A DNA stretch of 36,168 nucleotides from Conidiobolus incongruus B7586 (taxonomy: Eukaryota): NCBI GenBank assembly GCA_000697335.1, contig JNEM01011380.1, positions 1 to 36,168 of the forward strand, in the 5' to 3' direction. The number at the start of each line of letters is the position of its first letter. Within the stretch, counting starts at the first letter, position 1. The notes beneath the pieces were generated by a model, which worked only from the letters and a program-made list of their open reading frames with translations, was not told where the DNA came from and searched no databases. The translations under genes were made by a program, and so were the position numbers. Below, in pieces: positions 1-11,700 of this stretch.

Positions 1-508
1 CATTCTGTAGGCCAGATTGTGAAACATGATACCTACCAGCTGGGGTAAACTACCAATGATCAGATCTCTGGCTATTCGGCCTTGATCACTTGTAAATGGG
101 GCTTTGTACAGAGCGACTAGACCAGCAGCAACAGTGGCGGCGTTAGGATCCGACATGCTAAAAGATGGAATCAAGGAATATCAATAGGAACGGGTTTAGA
201 AGGATTAGTGTAAAATGACTCAAGTGGAACTATGAGCAGTTACTTGAGTATACCAAAAGGGTTGGCTTTGGATGTAGGAAAAAGGTTTATTAATGTAAGA
301 AAGTAAGGTAAGAGAGAGAGATCAAGAAGGGAGCCGAGCCCTTCTTATACTTAAGTGAAATATATAGGCATAAGTATGCACGGATGAGTAACAGTGAGGT
401 CACTCAGACGTGGACTGGTAAAATGTTGATAAGGCCTAATTTGGTTAATCAGGTACTTAATAGTGAATTGGAGTGAAGAAAGGTATCAATTAGGTAGCAA
501 TCGTCACA
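1..508 (-). mobile_element. LTR-like repeat, copy A (runs off the left window edge)
   Basis: Aligns with 562-1076 at a period of about 561-568 bp. The minus strand starts TGTGACGATTGCTAC at 508, with TATA-like TATAAGAAG (349-341), a CT-rich tract and AATAAA (291-286). Much more GC-rich than the host intergenic DNA. Confidence 0.6.
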
Positions 509-513
509 AAGTA

Positions 514-1076
514 CGTAACAGCTACTAGCCCTTGGAGTGTCATTGAGGACACTGACACATCCATTTTGTAGGCCAAGTTGTTAAGAATAGCACCTACCAG
601 TTGGGCTAAACTACCAATGATCAGTTCTCTGGCTATCTGGCCCTGATCACTTGTAAACTGGGCTTTGTAAAGAGCCACTAGACCAGTAGCAACAGTGGCG
701 GCGTTAGGATCCGACATACTAGGAAGATGGAATCACAAAATATCAATAGGAACAAACGTAAAATGAATAATGGAAGATGACTCAAGTGGAACTTTAGGCA
801 GCTACTTGAGTATACTACAAAGGGTGGTTTTTAGAAGTAGGGGAAAAGTTTATTTGTGTAGAAAAGAGAGGCAAAAATGAGAAAAGGCAAAAGAGGAGGA
901 GCAGAGTTCTTTTTATAACTAAGTGTAATATATAGGCATAAGTATGCAACAGCCAAGTAACAGTGAGGTCACTTGGACATGAATTAGTAAAATGTTGACA
1001 AGGCCTAATTTGATTAATCATGAACTTGGTAGCAAATTTGAGTGAGAAAGGTATCAATCAAGTAGCAATTGCCACA
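514..1076 (-). mobile_element. LTR-like repeat, copy B (about 563 bp), preceded by a polypurine-tract-like sequence
   Basis: Minus strand reads GAATAAGGGG|TGTGGCAATTGCTAC...GTAGCTGTTACG: a TG start, imperfect inverted ends, and CG instead of CA at the end. Internal order is TATAAAAAG (917-909), CT-rich tract, AATAAA (854-849), the usual U3-R-U5 layout. Confidence 0.65.
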
Positions 1077-2148
1077 CCCCTTATTCAATAATCACAATAT
1101 CACTGATAATAATATAATTTTTTGAATAATTTAATATTTGATCATATATTCACTTAATATTATATATAACATATAATATAACTTTTCAATTATCAATTAT
1201 TTTTTATTTTCAAATTCATTCATAATTTTTTTCTTTTATATCATCTATATACTCTTTAATTTTTGAAATATTATTTATATAAACTTTAAAATCTTTATAT
1301 CCTCAAATATTTCAATGAATATAATTACTTAATAAATTTCAATTTAAACTATTATTACTTTTTATAATATATTGGATTATATTATTATCATCTGGGAGAT
1401 TATAATGATTAAAATTTTTTATTAATTTTGATGAATTGGGAATAATAATGGTAATAAATTGAATAAAATTTAGTTTTTAATCTGTTTAATATTTGGTAAG
1501 TTTAATAATACATATTTTAAATTCATTACTTATTTTTAAGAAAACCAAATTTTAAGATAATTTTATAAAACAGAATGATTTAAAATACAAATTATAAAGA
1601 ATATTTGAAATTTGTTATATTATTAAATATTAAATAAACTTAACTATTTTATTTTTTTTCCTATATTTTTTGTACTAATTCGATGATTAATGATAATTAT
1701 CTAATTCTTGGAATTTAAATTGATAATTTTTTAAATAATAATATAAAAGTAATGAATTGATTTGAAAATTGATAGTGTGAATTGAAATTATAAAAAATGA
1801 GACAGACTTGATTTTTGATATTATTTAAATGATTGTAAAAATTAATATCTATTGAGCCACTATTTTTGCGAGATTAAAAAATATTAGTCTAATGTAGTCA
1901 GTTGATATCATAGATACAGATAAATTAAAATCAGCATTATAATGGTTATTTTTAAAATTATTATTAATTACAGTATAACTCAATAAATAAATTATAAGAA
2001 TAAACACAATAAAAATTTAATATTATATATGTATCAAAATATAAAATTAATTACCAAAAAGTCATAATAATTACCAATTAAATTTTTGGATAAGCTTGTA
2101 TGAAATGGAACTTTTGTTAGATTCCAGTGATTAAATTATCCCTATGAG

Positions 2149-3417
2149 TCATTTGGATTTTCTACTAATTGTAACAATTTCAGAATCCGAAAACTTCTTC
2201 TCATGTATTTTGGGCATAATTGGTTTATCGTACCCCAACAATTTATATTCGGATTCGCCTGCCTGATACTCAAGTAAATCCTTCAATTCACCTCGGAAGC
2301 ACGCTGTGATGAATGGAGCAAGAGAACATGCTGGAGATAGGTACAGGAGAGCGGGTTGAGCCGCTTTGAAGGTATGCATCACCGCCATTGTTGTAGCTAA
2401 GCCTACAATATATGCTATGTAGCAGCTGAAAAAGTATATTCTTTTGAATTGGTGGGATTTTGGTTTGAGTGCGTATTGCTTAGCTAATTTAGTTTCAGTT
2501 CTCTTGAGTGCCATATACCTATCGAATTGGAGACATAAGCATATAACGATCCCTGGCACAACGATATCGCCCAGTCCTAACAACGAGAAGTTCAATGCTT
2601 GGCCAGCTGGTGGAAATAAAGTCTTAGGCCATAACAATTTGACAGGTACTTCAAATTTGGTAGCAACGGTTATCATCACATCAGTTCCAAACACCCAAAA
2701 AATATCGTAAACAAATAATCCGAACAGTAAGATGAATCCAGTTTGGAAAGCGTCTAATTTAATTAGGTTAAGCGCTGAAAAAGAGTAGGAAATACCAAAT
2801 AAATTGGATATTATCCAATTTTTAGAGTATAAATAATAACAGGAAATGAGAATTGAAGCCAGAAAACATCCTACTTCAATTAGTGAAAATTTAAAATATG
2901 TAATAACTAAAAAATATAAAATTAGTGTTATTTCAATTTTGAAAAATTTGTAAACTTACTTTTAGTTTTTTGAGTTAAACAAATTCTATAAGGTACAGGT
3001 TGAAATTTGGTCAAAGAATAAACTAAAGATACCAAAGTCCTGGTTAAAGCCAATATACCAGTAATCATAAAATAGATTGAAAATATAAAGTTAATGGTAT
3101 CCTTGTCAAAATATCTCAAAATTAAATAAAGTGACAAAATAGCTATCGAAGCGAATACTGGTAGTAGATAAGCTTCTTGTGATGATATTTTATCCTCTTC
3201 AACTTCACTAAACTCCGAATCACTTTCGTATCCTGTTGGTGTTTGTTTATTAGACCTAAGTCTTGGTCTCTAAATGACAATATAAATTATTTAATTGATA
3301 TAATTTAGAAATTGAAGTTACTTTAAACTTTTTTAAAGAGCTATGAGCACCAAAATATATTATAGAAAATGCCATAGTACCTAATGCTGTATAGGTAATA
3401 AATATTTCATCGAACAT
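2149..3417 (-). CDS. HM13: Signal peptide peptidase (A22B GxGD intramembrane aspartyl protease), 3 exons, about 387 aa
   Basis: Exons 3417-3322, 3269-2960 and 2906-2149 with GT-AG introns of 52 and 53 nt join in frame. Catalytic motifs YDIFWVF and LGLGD, and the QPALLY motif, are present. Confidence 0.93.
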
Positions 3418-4149
3418 ATTTGTTAATATTTTTAATATTTTCTATATTTTTAATAACTAAATTAATTTTTAAATAAAACAATAATAAATCATTTAATATA
3501 TGGACTGACATTTATAATTTGATTCATACATTAAATTCTAATTAAGGAATTAAAAACAGATGGATAAAACCCTTGAATTAATAAGATTGAAATCACGGAA
3601 TAAATATGTATCGAATTAAATAATGAGAAAAATATCAAATAATCAGAAATTTCATATGATATTCAATTGATCACCTATTTATATATTCAAACTAAAAATC
3701 AATTGATAAATTCGTGATATTTATATCATTGATTCTTTATTTTCAAGTTTCCTTTAGTTAAATTTACAAATATGAAAGCAATTAAATCATCAATTTAGAG
3801 AGATCAAACTACTTAAATCTAAACATTAATTACAGCACAAATTTCTGAATTAAAAGTAATATTAAATGTTTAAAATTATCCATTAAAATATAATGGCCTT
3901 TTTTAAGTATTTTTCATGACATAGAGTGGATTAATAAATTAAGATCTCATTTAACTAGTAATGGAACTTAAGTCACTATTATTTGATTACACTATGTTTA
4001 CCCTGCCCAAGTTTTCGGTTTAATCTTATTTAGTCAATACAACTTGGAATAAGGCATTCTAAAAAGCTGATAACTTTTTTTAACTAAACATACCTATCAT
4101 ATAGAATTGATTATAATATATTAATATTGAATAACATAATTCACTATCA

Positions 4150-5279
4150 ATTAACAATTGTTATATGTTTTTATTTAGCATCCTAATATATCAACTATAA
4201 TTTTAACACTGTATCTTCTATCAATAAATTAATATCATAGTTTGTACAAAATGGTTAGAATAAAACATTTGTTGGTACGTAAGACGATAAATTTCAAGCC
4301 AGTTGAGCTGTTTAATACTTCAGAGATTGGCCAGCCCTCTAACTTTTTTCCATCGAATAGTTTCAACACTGAATACATTTAATTTAGTACAACACTCAAA
4401 TAATAGTAGATAGGTTTATTCATTCAAAAACTATATACAGCTTAAGTAAATAAGAACATTTTGAAATTAAATAAGCTACAGTCCAAGAACTGCCACTAGT
4501 ATCCAATATTAAATGTTTAATTCAATTATCTCGACAGTCACCTAAAATCGTTCAACATGAAGTTCCTTTAAATACTTTCAAATTGATTAAGTGTTTCACT
4601 TTCATTATATTTTCAAAATGTTCATTAGTTAATGAATTAGTTAAAAGCGATAAGTGTTGTATTTGATTATTTCTGAACAATATGGCTTTAAATTGATTGT
4701 ATTATATTCTTTCGCAATCGTTAATTTGAAAATAACTCAAAATAGGGTTCTCAGTTAAAAATGGCTACATCATTAAATGCTACAATACATAGACTCGATT
4801 CAGATTAGCGCGTGTATCCAACACTTTGAGAACGCTATACAGTAATGGATTTAGTCTGCTCTAGACCCAAAGGCATTTCAAACACTGGAACAAGTTGAAA
4901 AATAAATCAATTCCATTATACTCAATTCGACACATTTTGATACCATATTCTTCAAGTCTAGAGAGACTTTTCAAATCTGATAGTAATACAATATCAGTCA
5001 TTGGACAATGATAAAATTTCACTGTAGTTGGTTGATGCAAGGATTGAGAAAAGTTCAAGTAAAAATTATTCTTCAAATTAGATCTAAAAAGTACGCTTTG
5101 AATTCACTTACATTCCATTCCTGGATAGTCAAAGGTATTAAAATCAAAATCTGTATTAGTATTGTTAGCAATGATATGGTGACCATTCTCAAAAAATTTT
5201 TACAATCCTCAGAGTAAATTCTAATATAATGGAATATATTATGTTCAAGTGCACTTAGCCTTTCATAAATCATACTCAC
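4150..5279 (-). pseudogene. Degenerate LRR/RNI-like gene relic (boundaries approximate)
   Basis: Broken minus-strand frames give LRR-like pieces (LSDLKSLSRLEEYGIKMC, LFQCLKCLWV, IKHLILD, LISKCSYLLKLYI) interrupted by many stops and frameshifts. GC is slightly raised over the flanks. Confidence 0.4.
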
Positions 5280-5984
5280 TTTCAGTTCATAATTCAGAGA
5301 GAGAAATATATTGTATAATTTTAGGGAATATTAAAATCACCAATTCAAAGAGATCTTTCCTACCTTTAGTTAATTGATCAGAAAACTTGGTTATAATCTT
5401 GAATTTTAAGTAGAACTCAAGTAAATTGATTTAGTATTTATATCTTTTAAAATATTTTATAAACAGATTAATTACACTTAGTTATAGTTAGTTTGATTAA
5501 ATTTATTGAATATCAATATGTAATAAATAATTGATATAGTTCAATATAGTAGAAAGAATAATGAATTTATATCTAAACTTGAAATGATATTATGGATTGT
5601 ATAACAAATATATATATTATATTATCAGGTTTTGTATGTTTAATCAATCATAATATTTTTACTAGTAATTTTCACATTTTTATAAGTATACCAATCAATC
5701 AAATAAATGAACTTATTTATTCATTAGAGGAACATGATTAATCGCCAAAGTTATATTTAAAATTAATATGAGAATTAGATATAGTAGTCAATAAGTTCGA
5801 TTTCAACATATTTATGATAATTTAGAGTGTTTAATTGAAAACAATGATATCTGTTGGTGTTTTAATAAAATAGTGAAATATAAATTCTAATAATAAATTG
5901 ATAATAACAAGGATATATTATGAATCTCTTACTTCGAATTCAATTTTTCTCAAAATTCTTAATAAAAATAATTATATGAGATAA

Positions 5985-6057
5985 GGTTCCATGGCCAAAT
6001 GGATAAGGCGCTTGACTACGGATCAAGAGATTCCAGGTTCGATCCCTGGTGGAATCG
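5985..6057 (+). tRNA. tRNA-Arg, anticodon ACG (ICG after deamination), intronless
   Basis: Cloverleaf with GGTTCCA/TGGAATC acceptor stem, D-arm GCC-AAATGGATAA-GGC, anticodon arm CTTGA-CTACGGA-TCAAG and T-loop GGTTCGATCC. 73 nt, no encoded CCA. Confidence 0.97.
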
Positions 6058-6064
6058 TCTATTA

Positions 6065-6070
6065 TTTTTT
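6065..6070 (+). terminator. RNA polymerase III oligo-T terminator of the tRNA gene
   Basis: T6 run beginning 8 nt after the discriminator base. Confidence 0.7.
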
Positions 6071-6737
6071 GATATTTTTCAACGTAGCAATTTTACATAT
6101 CATTTTGTGAATTATGATATTGGTTGAACTTTTAGTAAAAAATGTTCAACTCTTTTTGGTCAAGTTATATATAATTATTTTTTACTTAGTTCAATTTTTA
6201 CCTAAAATTATTTAGATTTAAATCTGGTATTATTAAATTTAATTATAAAATTGATTAATTTGTTTATATTTTTATTTGAATAGATTGATATAGAAAATAA
6301 TTAATTAAATTGTATATTATGTTTATTAGATAAATAATAAATCAACTTGGAAAATGAATAAAAGAGTTAAAATTATTTAATTCAAAAAAGTAGTATATGA
6401 AAAACAATCGATATATATTTTTAACTAGATAGATAATTATGAATTTGAAATAAATATTGCTATGTAAATTCGATATTTTATTAGACATTAATTATTCATT
6501 TCTGAAGTAGAATCTTAGATCATAAATTTAAATCATTTATACACTTAGGAATAAATAGACTGTGATATAGGCCAAATAGGTAAATATTTTTAGGAAGATA
6601 CTATTAGATATATTTGAATATGTTGAAGAATGGAATTTTCAAATTACATTGACAGATTTAAAATTATTTTAAGTGTATTGAATGAATGATTAATACTTCC
6701 ATCATACATCATATTAAATTAATCTAAATGCCCACAC

Positions 6738-7360
6738 TTAATTTTCTTCAAGTTGCAAGCCCTGATTATTACCAAATTTTAAACAATACTCATTTAAAAA
6801 AGTTTGAACACCTTGAAAATTTTGATTGACATCAAATTCACTCAAATTCAGAGATTTTTTAGGATTGTAACTGCCCGATGATCGTAATTTTTTTGTTTCT
6901 TCAATCACTTGATTGTAAGGCTTTAAATAAGATTGGGTTTTGGCAGGAGGTGGTAATGTCTATTATTAAAGGTAGTTAGTTTTTTGAAATACTAATTTAA
7001 CGGTATTATAATGGAACTTGCCGTAATATCATCATTCGGTATAGCTTGCTTATGTTTTTTAAAATCTGGAGAGCTAGGAGGTGAAGGACTTGAGTCCAAA
7101 GTAAAATCAAATAAACTCTTTCTATAACAAAATTGAATTAAATTTCAATATTCACATAAGTAAGATATATTTTGTTTACTCTAAATATATTTATAATGCT
7201 TAGTAAATTGAATATTTAATATTAATATACTATTAATTACCTTTGGCAGGTTTTTGATTATTTGAAGAGCTATTAGTTTTAAATTGATAATTAGAATTCT
7301 GTATATCAAAGTATTAGTATGTATCAAGTAATATTTTGTTAGCTTTTTTACATTTTTCAT
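6738..7360 (-). CDS. Hypothetical 129-aa S/P/N-rich protein, 5 exons including a 1-nt exon
   Basis: Exons 7360-7352, 7298-7241, 7180, 7121-7022 and 6959-6738; introns of 53, 60, 58 and 62 nt (the last is GC-AG). Product: MKNNSNYQFKTNSSSNNQKPAKEKSLFDFTLDSSPSPPSSPDFKKHKQAIPNDDITTLPPPAKTQSYLKPYNQVIEETKKLRSSGSYNPKKSLNLSEFDVNQNFQGVQTFLNEYCLKFGNNQGLQLEEN. Absent from the ORF track. Confidence 0.6.
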
Positions 7361-7746
7361 ATTTACAAAGATCAAATTATTTAATTGACTATTAAATTTT
7401 AAATAATTCAATCAGATAATTTAAATATTAATTCTTACATTGATTAAGAGAAAAAATTTATGGGTTTTTCACCCAGGGTTATTTTTACTAATATGAAATT
7501 ATAAAGAATAGTAATTATTAAGTTGATAAATACTATCGTTTTAATGATATATAAACGTTAAACAAAATAAAAATATTAAATAGTATTATAATTTTAAATG
7601 TTCAAATAAACAATATTTTAATGAGCAATAAAGAATAATTGCAAATTCCCATAATGAAAAATGCCTAAAATTAATTTATTTAAATTGAATTAATAATTAA
7701 ATCAAATTTAAAATATCACATTAATTCAACAATAAAATAAAAAATA

Positions 7747-8136
7747 ATGTCAAGTGATAACGAAGAAACTCCCAACGAAGTCAACTCGATTCAAGAAGTC
7801 ACCATCCAAACCGGGGAACCATTTAACTTTGAACCCACAGATACCGCTAGTACATCTATTAAAATACCTTTGTTGAGAATTAAAAAAATGATTAAGGAAG
7901 ACCCTGATATAGCGGGAACCACTAAGGAAGCTATATTTGCAATTTCCAAAGCCACGGAACTTTTTGCTTGTTATATGACTTCACAAGCATACAACTGTGC
8001 TGCTAGGGAGAATCGATTAACTGTAACTTATAAAGATTGCTCTAATGCTGTGAAATTGGACGATAAGTTGGAGTTTTTGTCGGAATTGGTACCACCTCAA
8101 CAGATATTGAAGAGTGTTTTAGCTAATAAAAAATAA
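7747..8136 (+). CDS. H2A-like histone-fold protein, Dpb3/POLE4/CHRAC1 family (DNA polymerase epsilon or CHRAC small subunit)
   Basis: IPLLRIKKMIKEDPDI...EAIFAISKATELF...TVTYKDCSNAV...LEFLSELVP matches the NF-YC/Dpb3-type histone fold. Intronless, 129 aa. Confidence 0.85.
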   Translation: MSSDNEETPNEVNSIQEVTIQTGEPFNFEPTDTASTSIKIPLLRIKKMIKEDPDIAGTTKEAIFAISKATELFACYMTSQAYNCAARENRLTVTYKDCSNAVKLDDKLEFLSELVPPQQILKSVLANKK

Positions 8137-8733
8137 GTTTTTATTCATTCAATTAAATAATACTTTATTCATATTTATTTTTACAACGATTATTTGAACT
8201 AAATGATTTTGTATTTGGTATTTATTCAATATAGGTTAATAGTTTTTTTCGCTTATTTCAATACATTTCATAGTATTTTACAATATTAAAGAGTATTGGA
8301 ATTCTTTAATAAATACTATTATAATCAAATAAATAATAGTCATATTTTGATAATTAGTATTATTATTTCCAATATAATTGACACCATATTAAATCAAGTT
8401 TGGAATTATCCCATAAATAAATTATAACGATTCAACGAATATAAATCACTAAATCCTCTGGTTAAATTCAGTCCCCAGAGTTTCAATCCCATTTATCCAT
8501 TCAACTCAATCATTCTCTTTTGGGTTATTTGTTTTCCAGCTACTATCTAACTTATTATTAGCCTTATCTCCACTGTACTATTCTAAACTTTTCTTTACCC
8601 AAACTATTATTTTTTAAATTGCTTCAGTATTTATCAACAGTTTTAATTCAGTGATTATCATCAATATTAACATTATAAAATATTTGTACAACGATATTGA
8701 ATTAATACAGTGAGAAAGGAATTTTAAAAAGAA

Positions 8734-11700
8734 ATGGAAATTAATGAAAATTTAATAGAATTAATCAATCAAATTAATTCTAATCATTTACCTATTGATA
8801 ATTCCAAATTAGTAAATACTCAAAACCTATTAAATTCTATTTGATATTAACGAATATAATTAGGATTTTTCATTATGTTTGCCAATTATTATAAACCAAT
8901 TCCCATCAATTTGTAAACCTCCAAGCCATTTGTCAAATGTTAACTATGATAAAAATCATACTGAAATGATTGGATGGAATATAAATTTTTCTATAGTAAT
9001 ATAATATTATATATTAAACAATAATTTTAATTTTTATTAATTGATTTATATTTAGTATATCTTTATATATCAAATAAATCAAATTGATTTTGATGAGCTG
9101 TTAAATGAAAGTGAATCTAATGTTAATCAAGAGGAATTGTCTACTCATTGGGAGGTAATGTTAGAACAATATTTTTTATACATATATTAAATGCAAATTG
9201 TTGTTTAGAAACTGACTAATATCGAGTCCTATGTAATTGAACATAAATATACCGAACTTGTCAAGTACATTTAATATGCATCATTTAAATTAATATGATA
9301 CTGATTTTGAATATTTAGATCTATCATTGATATTGTTAATCTGATTCCAAATGGTACACCTAGCTGTATCATTGATCAAAACCCATCCATACTACAACAT
9401 TTGGAGCGTTTGAAAAACATCATGAATTCAAATGAAAATTCAAAGTTATTTGGCTTTTTATTAAGTGCAATTTACTTGAATCTTAATATGGTCTCCTCTA
9501 AATTTACTTTGGAACACTTTATCACATTTTTAAATTTAATTCAGGTAAACTCAACCATAGTAACCATATTTTTATGCAATATCATATCGGAATGGGCATA
9601 TTTTATTAAAATAATGGTTCGATATGGTATCGATTCGGGCTTTAATCCTCAGTTAACTCAGTATGCGGTCAAAGTTTTAATGATTTGTCTGAAATTACAG
9701 CCTCATAGAAAGATGGAGTTTTTAAGATTAATTAAAAGCACACCGTTTATGGCTGATGAAGTGTTACGTATTAATCATGATAATCCAAATCAACAAGCTG
9801 ACTTTTGGAATGCTTTATCTATTGATCCTCAAAGTGTAATTAACAGTATCAGTCCTGCGAATAATATACCATCTAATCCAAGTGGTTGGAAATTATCATT
9901 TTGGGAGAATTTGGCACCTACAGCAAGTGGCAACTCATCTATCAATTTGATGAAAATTGATAGTTTACTAAGATGTACCCTAGCCTATCAAAAACATGTG
10001 GGCGGTCTCTTTACAGAGCCATTCAATGTACATACTAAAGTCCTCGCAAACATTTATAAAGTTTTGGTACCTTCACCATACCCTGAACGCGTCTATTGCT
10101 CGACATTGGCCTTCCTGTTAGTCAATTTAAATTATCGATTCCCCCAACAGATCCAATTTGTGAAGCATTTATTAGAAAAATTCTGGCAAATTTTCCCCTA
10201 TGGAATATCATATTTATTGGGAATGATTTTTAGATTGCCCGATAGTTTCGAGCAACTTCAACAGGATTTAAATAGTTGGACTGGTGTCGATTATCCTCTA
10301 AGTAATTATATTTATTTCATTTAAAAAAACATCTAACAGAACTTTAATTTCAGATAAAATGGATCCACAACAGTTGAACATGATCAAAGAGTACTTCTTA
10401 AATGAAGGTATATATCCTAAAAAGGCTAAAGATATCCTCCTCAACCTTCCATATCCCAATTACACCCCGCGAGATGACAAAATCCTTCTATTTGGAGTCC
10501 CCACAGATTATTGCTTGGAATCTATGATCCTATTGTTTGTCAACTGTAAAGAATGGCTCAATTGCGATCAATGGATTTTGAATATGATTACTTCCATTAA
10601 AAATTATCAAATCCCACCCCATTGCTTTAGATTATTGGATGTGTATATTCAAAGGTAATTTATATCATTATAATCAGCATTACTAATTTATTTTCTAACA
10701 TTCAAATTATTAGAACTGTAAATAAGCTGTCACCAAAAATATCTGAAATGAGTCTCAAGTTACATTTATCAGATTGCTTCCCTCATAAACCCATCTTACC
10801 CAAACATATCTTATTCAGCTATTATTATATCAAATATTATCACTGTTTAGTTCCCGAAATAAGTCATATCAATCCAGATATTTCAGAGCGTAAATTTAAC
10901 TTATATAATTAAACATATCCCAATTACTAATTTCCAAATTTTAGTATGCTACTCGCACCAGATAATGGACAAAGTACCACTAACCGAAATCTGTAAACTA
11001 TTCCAATCTCAGTCCAAATTCGGGTTAGAAGCATATTATTTGAATTTTAAAGGGTTGCTAGTACAATTCTTTAAATATATTATTTATAGTCAAAATTTAT
11101 TTAATCGTAATTTTGAATTGAATAAGTAAATTAATAGAAATAGTATAACTTTTTTATGATATATTAAAATGAATTTGGAATTTTAGATATCGATATCCTA
11201 TTGGAGCATATCCAATTGAATCTGAAGTACTATCCCAATCCAAAGCAACTTATCCCAGTTTGATAGTTCAAGATCTACTGAAAAATAAACAGAGTTCTCT
11301 CGCATTATACGACTTTTTACTAACTACTAACGATTCCAAACTATTCCAATACGGTAAAAGCGTAGTCGAATTTGGAATTAAACACTGCTTAAGTGATTCA
11401 AATATTACTCCCGATGTCGAATATAAATTTGTTAAAGTTTGGAAACGACTCCATTCAAAGATTCCCAATCTGGTCTGGACTTACACGTTACAAGGATGCT
11501 CACTCGTTCAATTGGAAAATACCCATCAATTGCATCATTTGTTATCTTTAGATAGCTTAATGTCGGATGTAATGATGGCATTTCGATTACCTAGTAAAAT
11601 TTATCAAAGTCGATATCTCATTCAAATCCCCATTACTGTAAGTTAGTTCAAACGATTACAAGTTCATTTTAATAATATGATTTATAGATGGCACTCTGTA

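Noticed and set aside
490..717. 75-aa ORF MSDPNAATV... with an in-frame twin at 156->1, an upstream TATA and a possible 5'-UTR intron (tandem small-gene array idea)
   Set aside because: The ORF runs across the junction between the two LTR-like units, amino-acid-changing differences outnumber silent ones between copies, and the PPT-TG boundary at 1076 explains the repeat better. Not fully excluded.
815..1057. 80-aa ORF within the repeat
   Set aside because: Not preserved in the other copy; it crosses the TATA/CT-rich tract.
7181..7411. 76-aa ORF from the track
   Set aside because: AT-rich read-through of introns in a different frame from the spliced model; TTG start.
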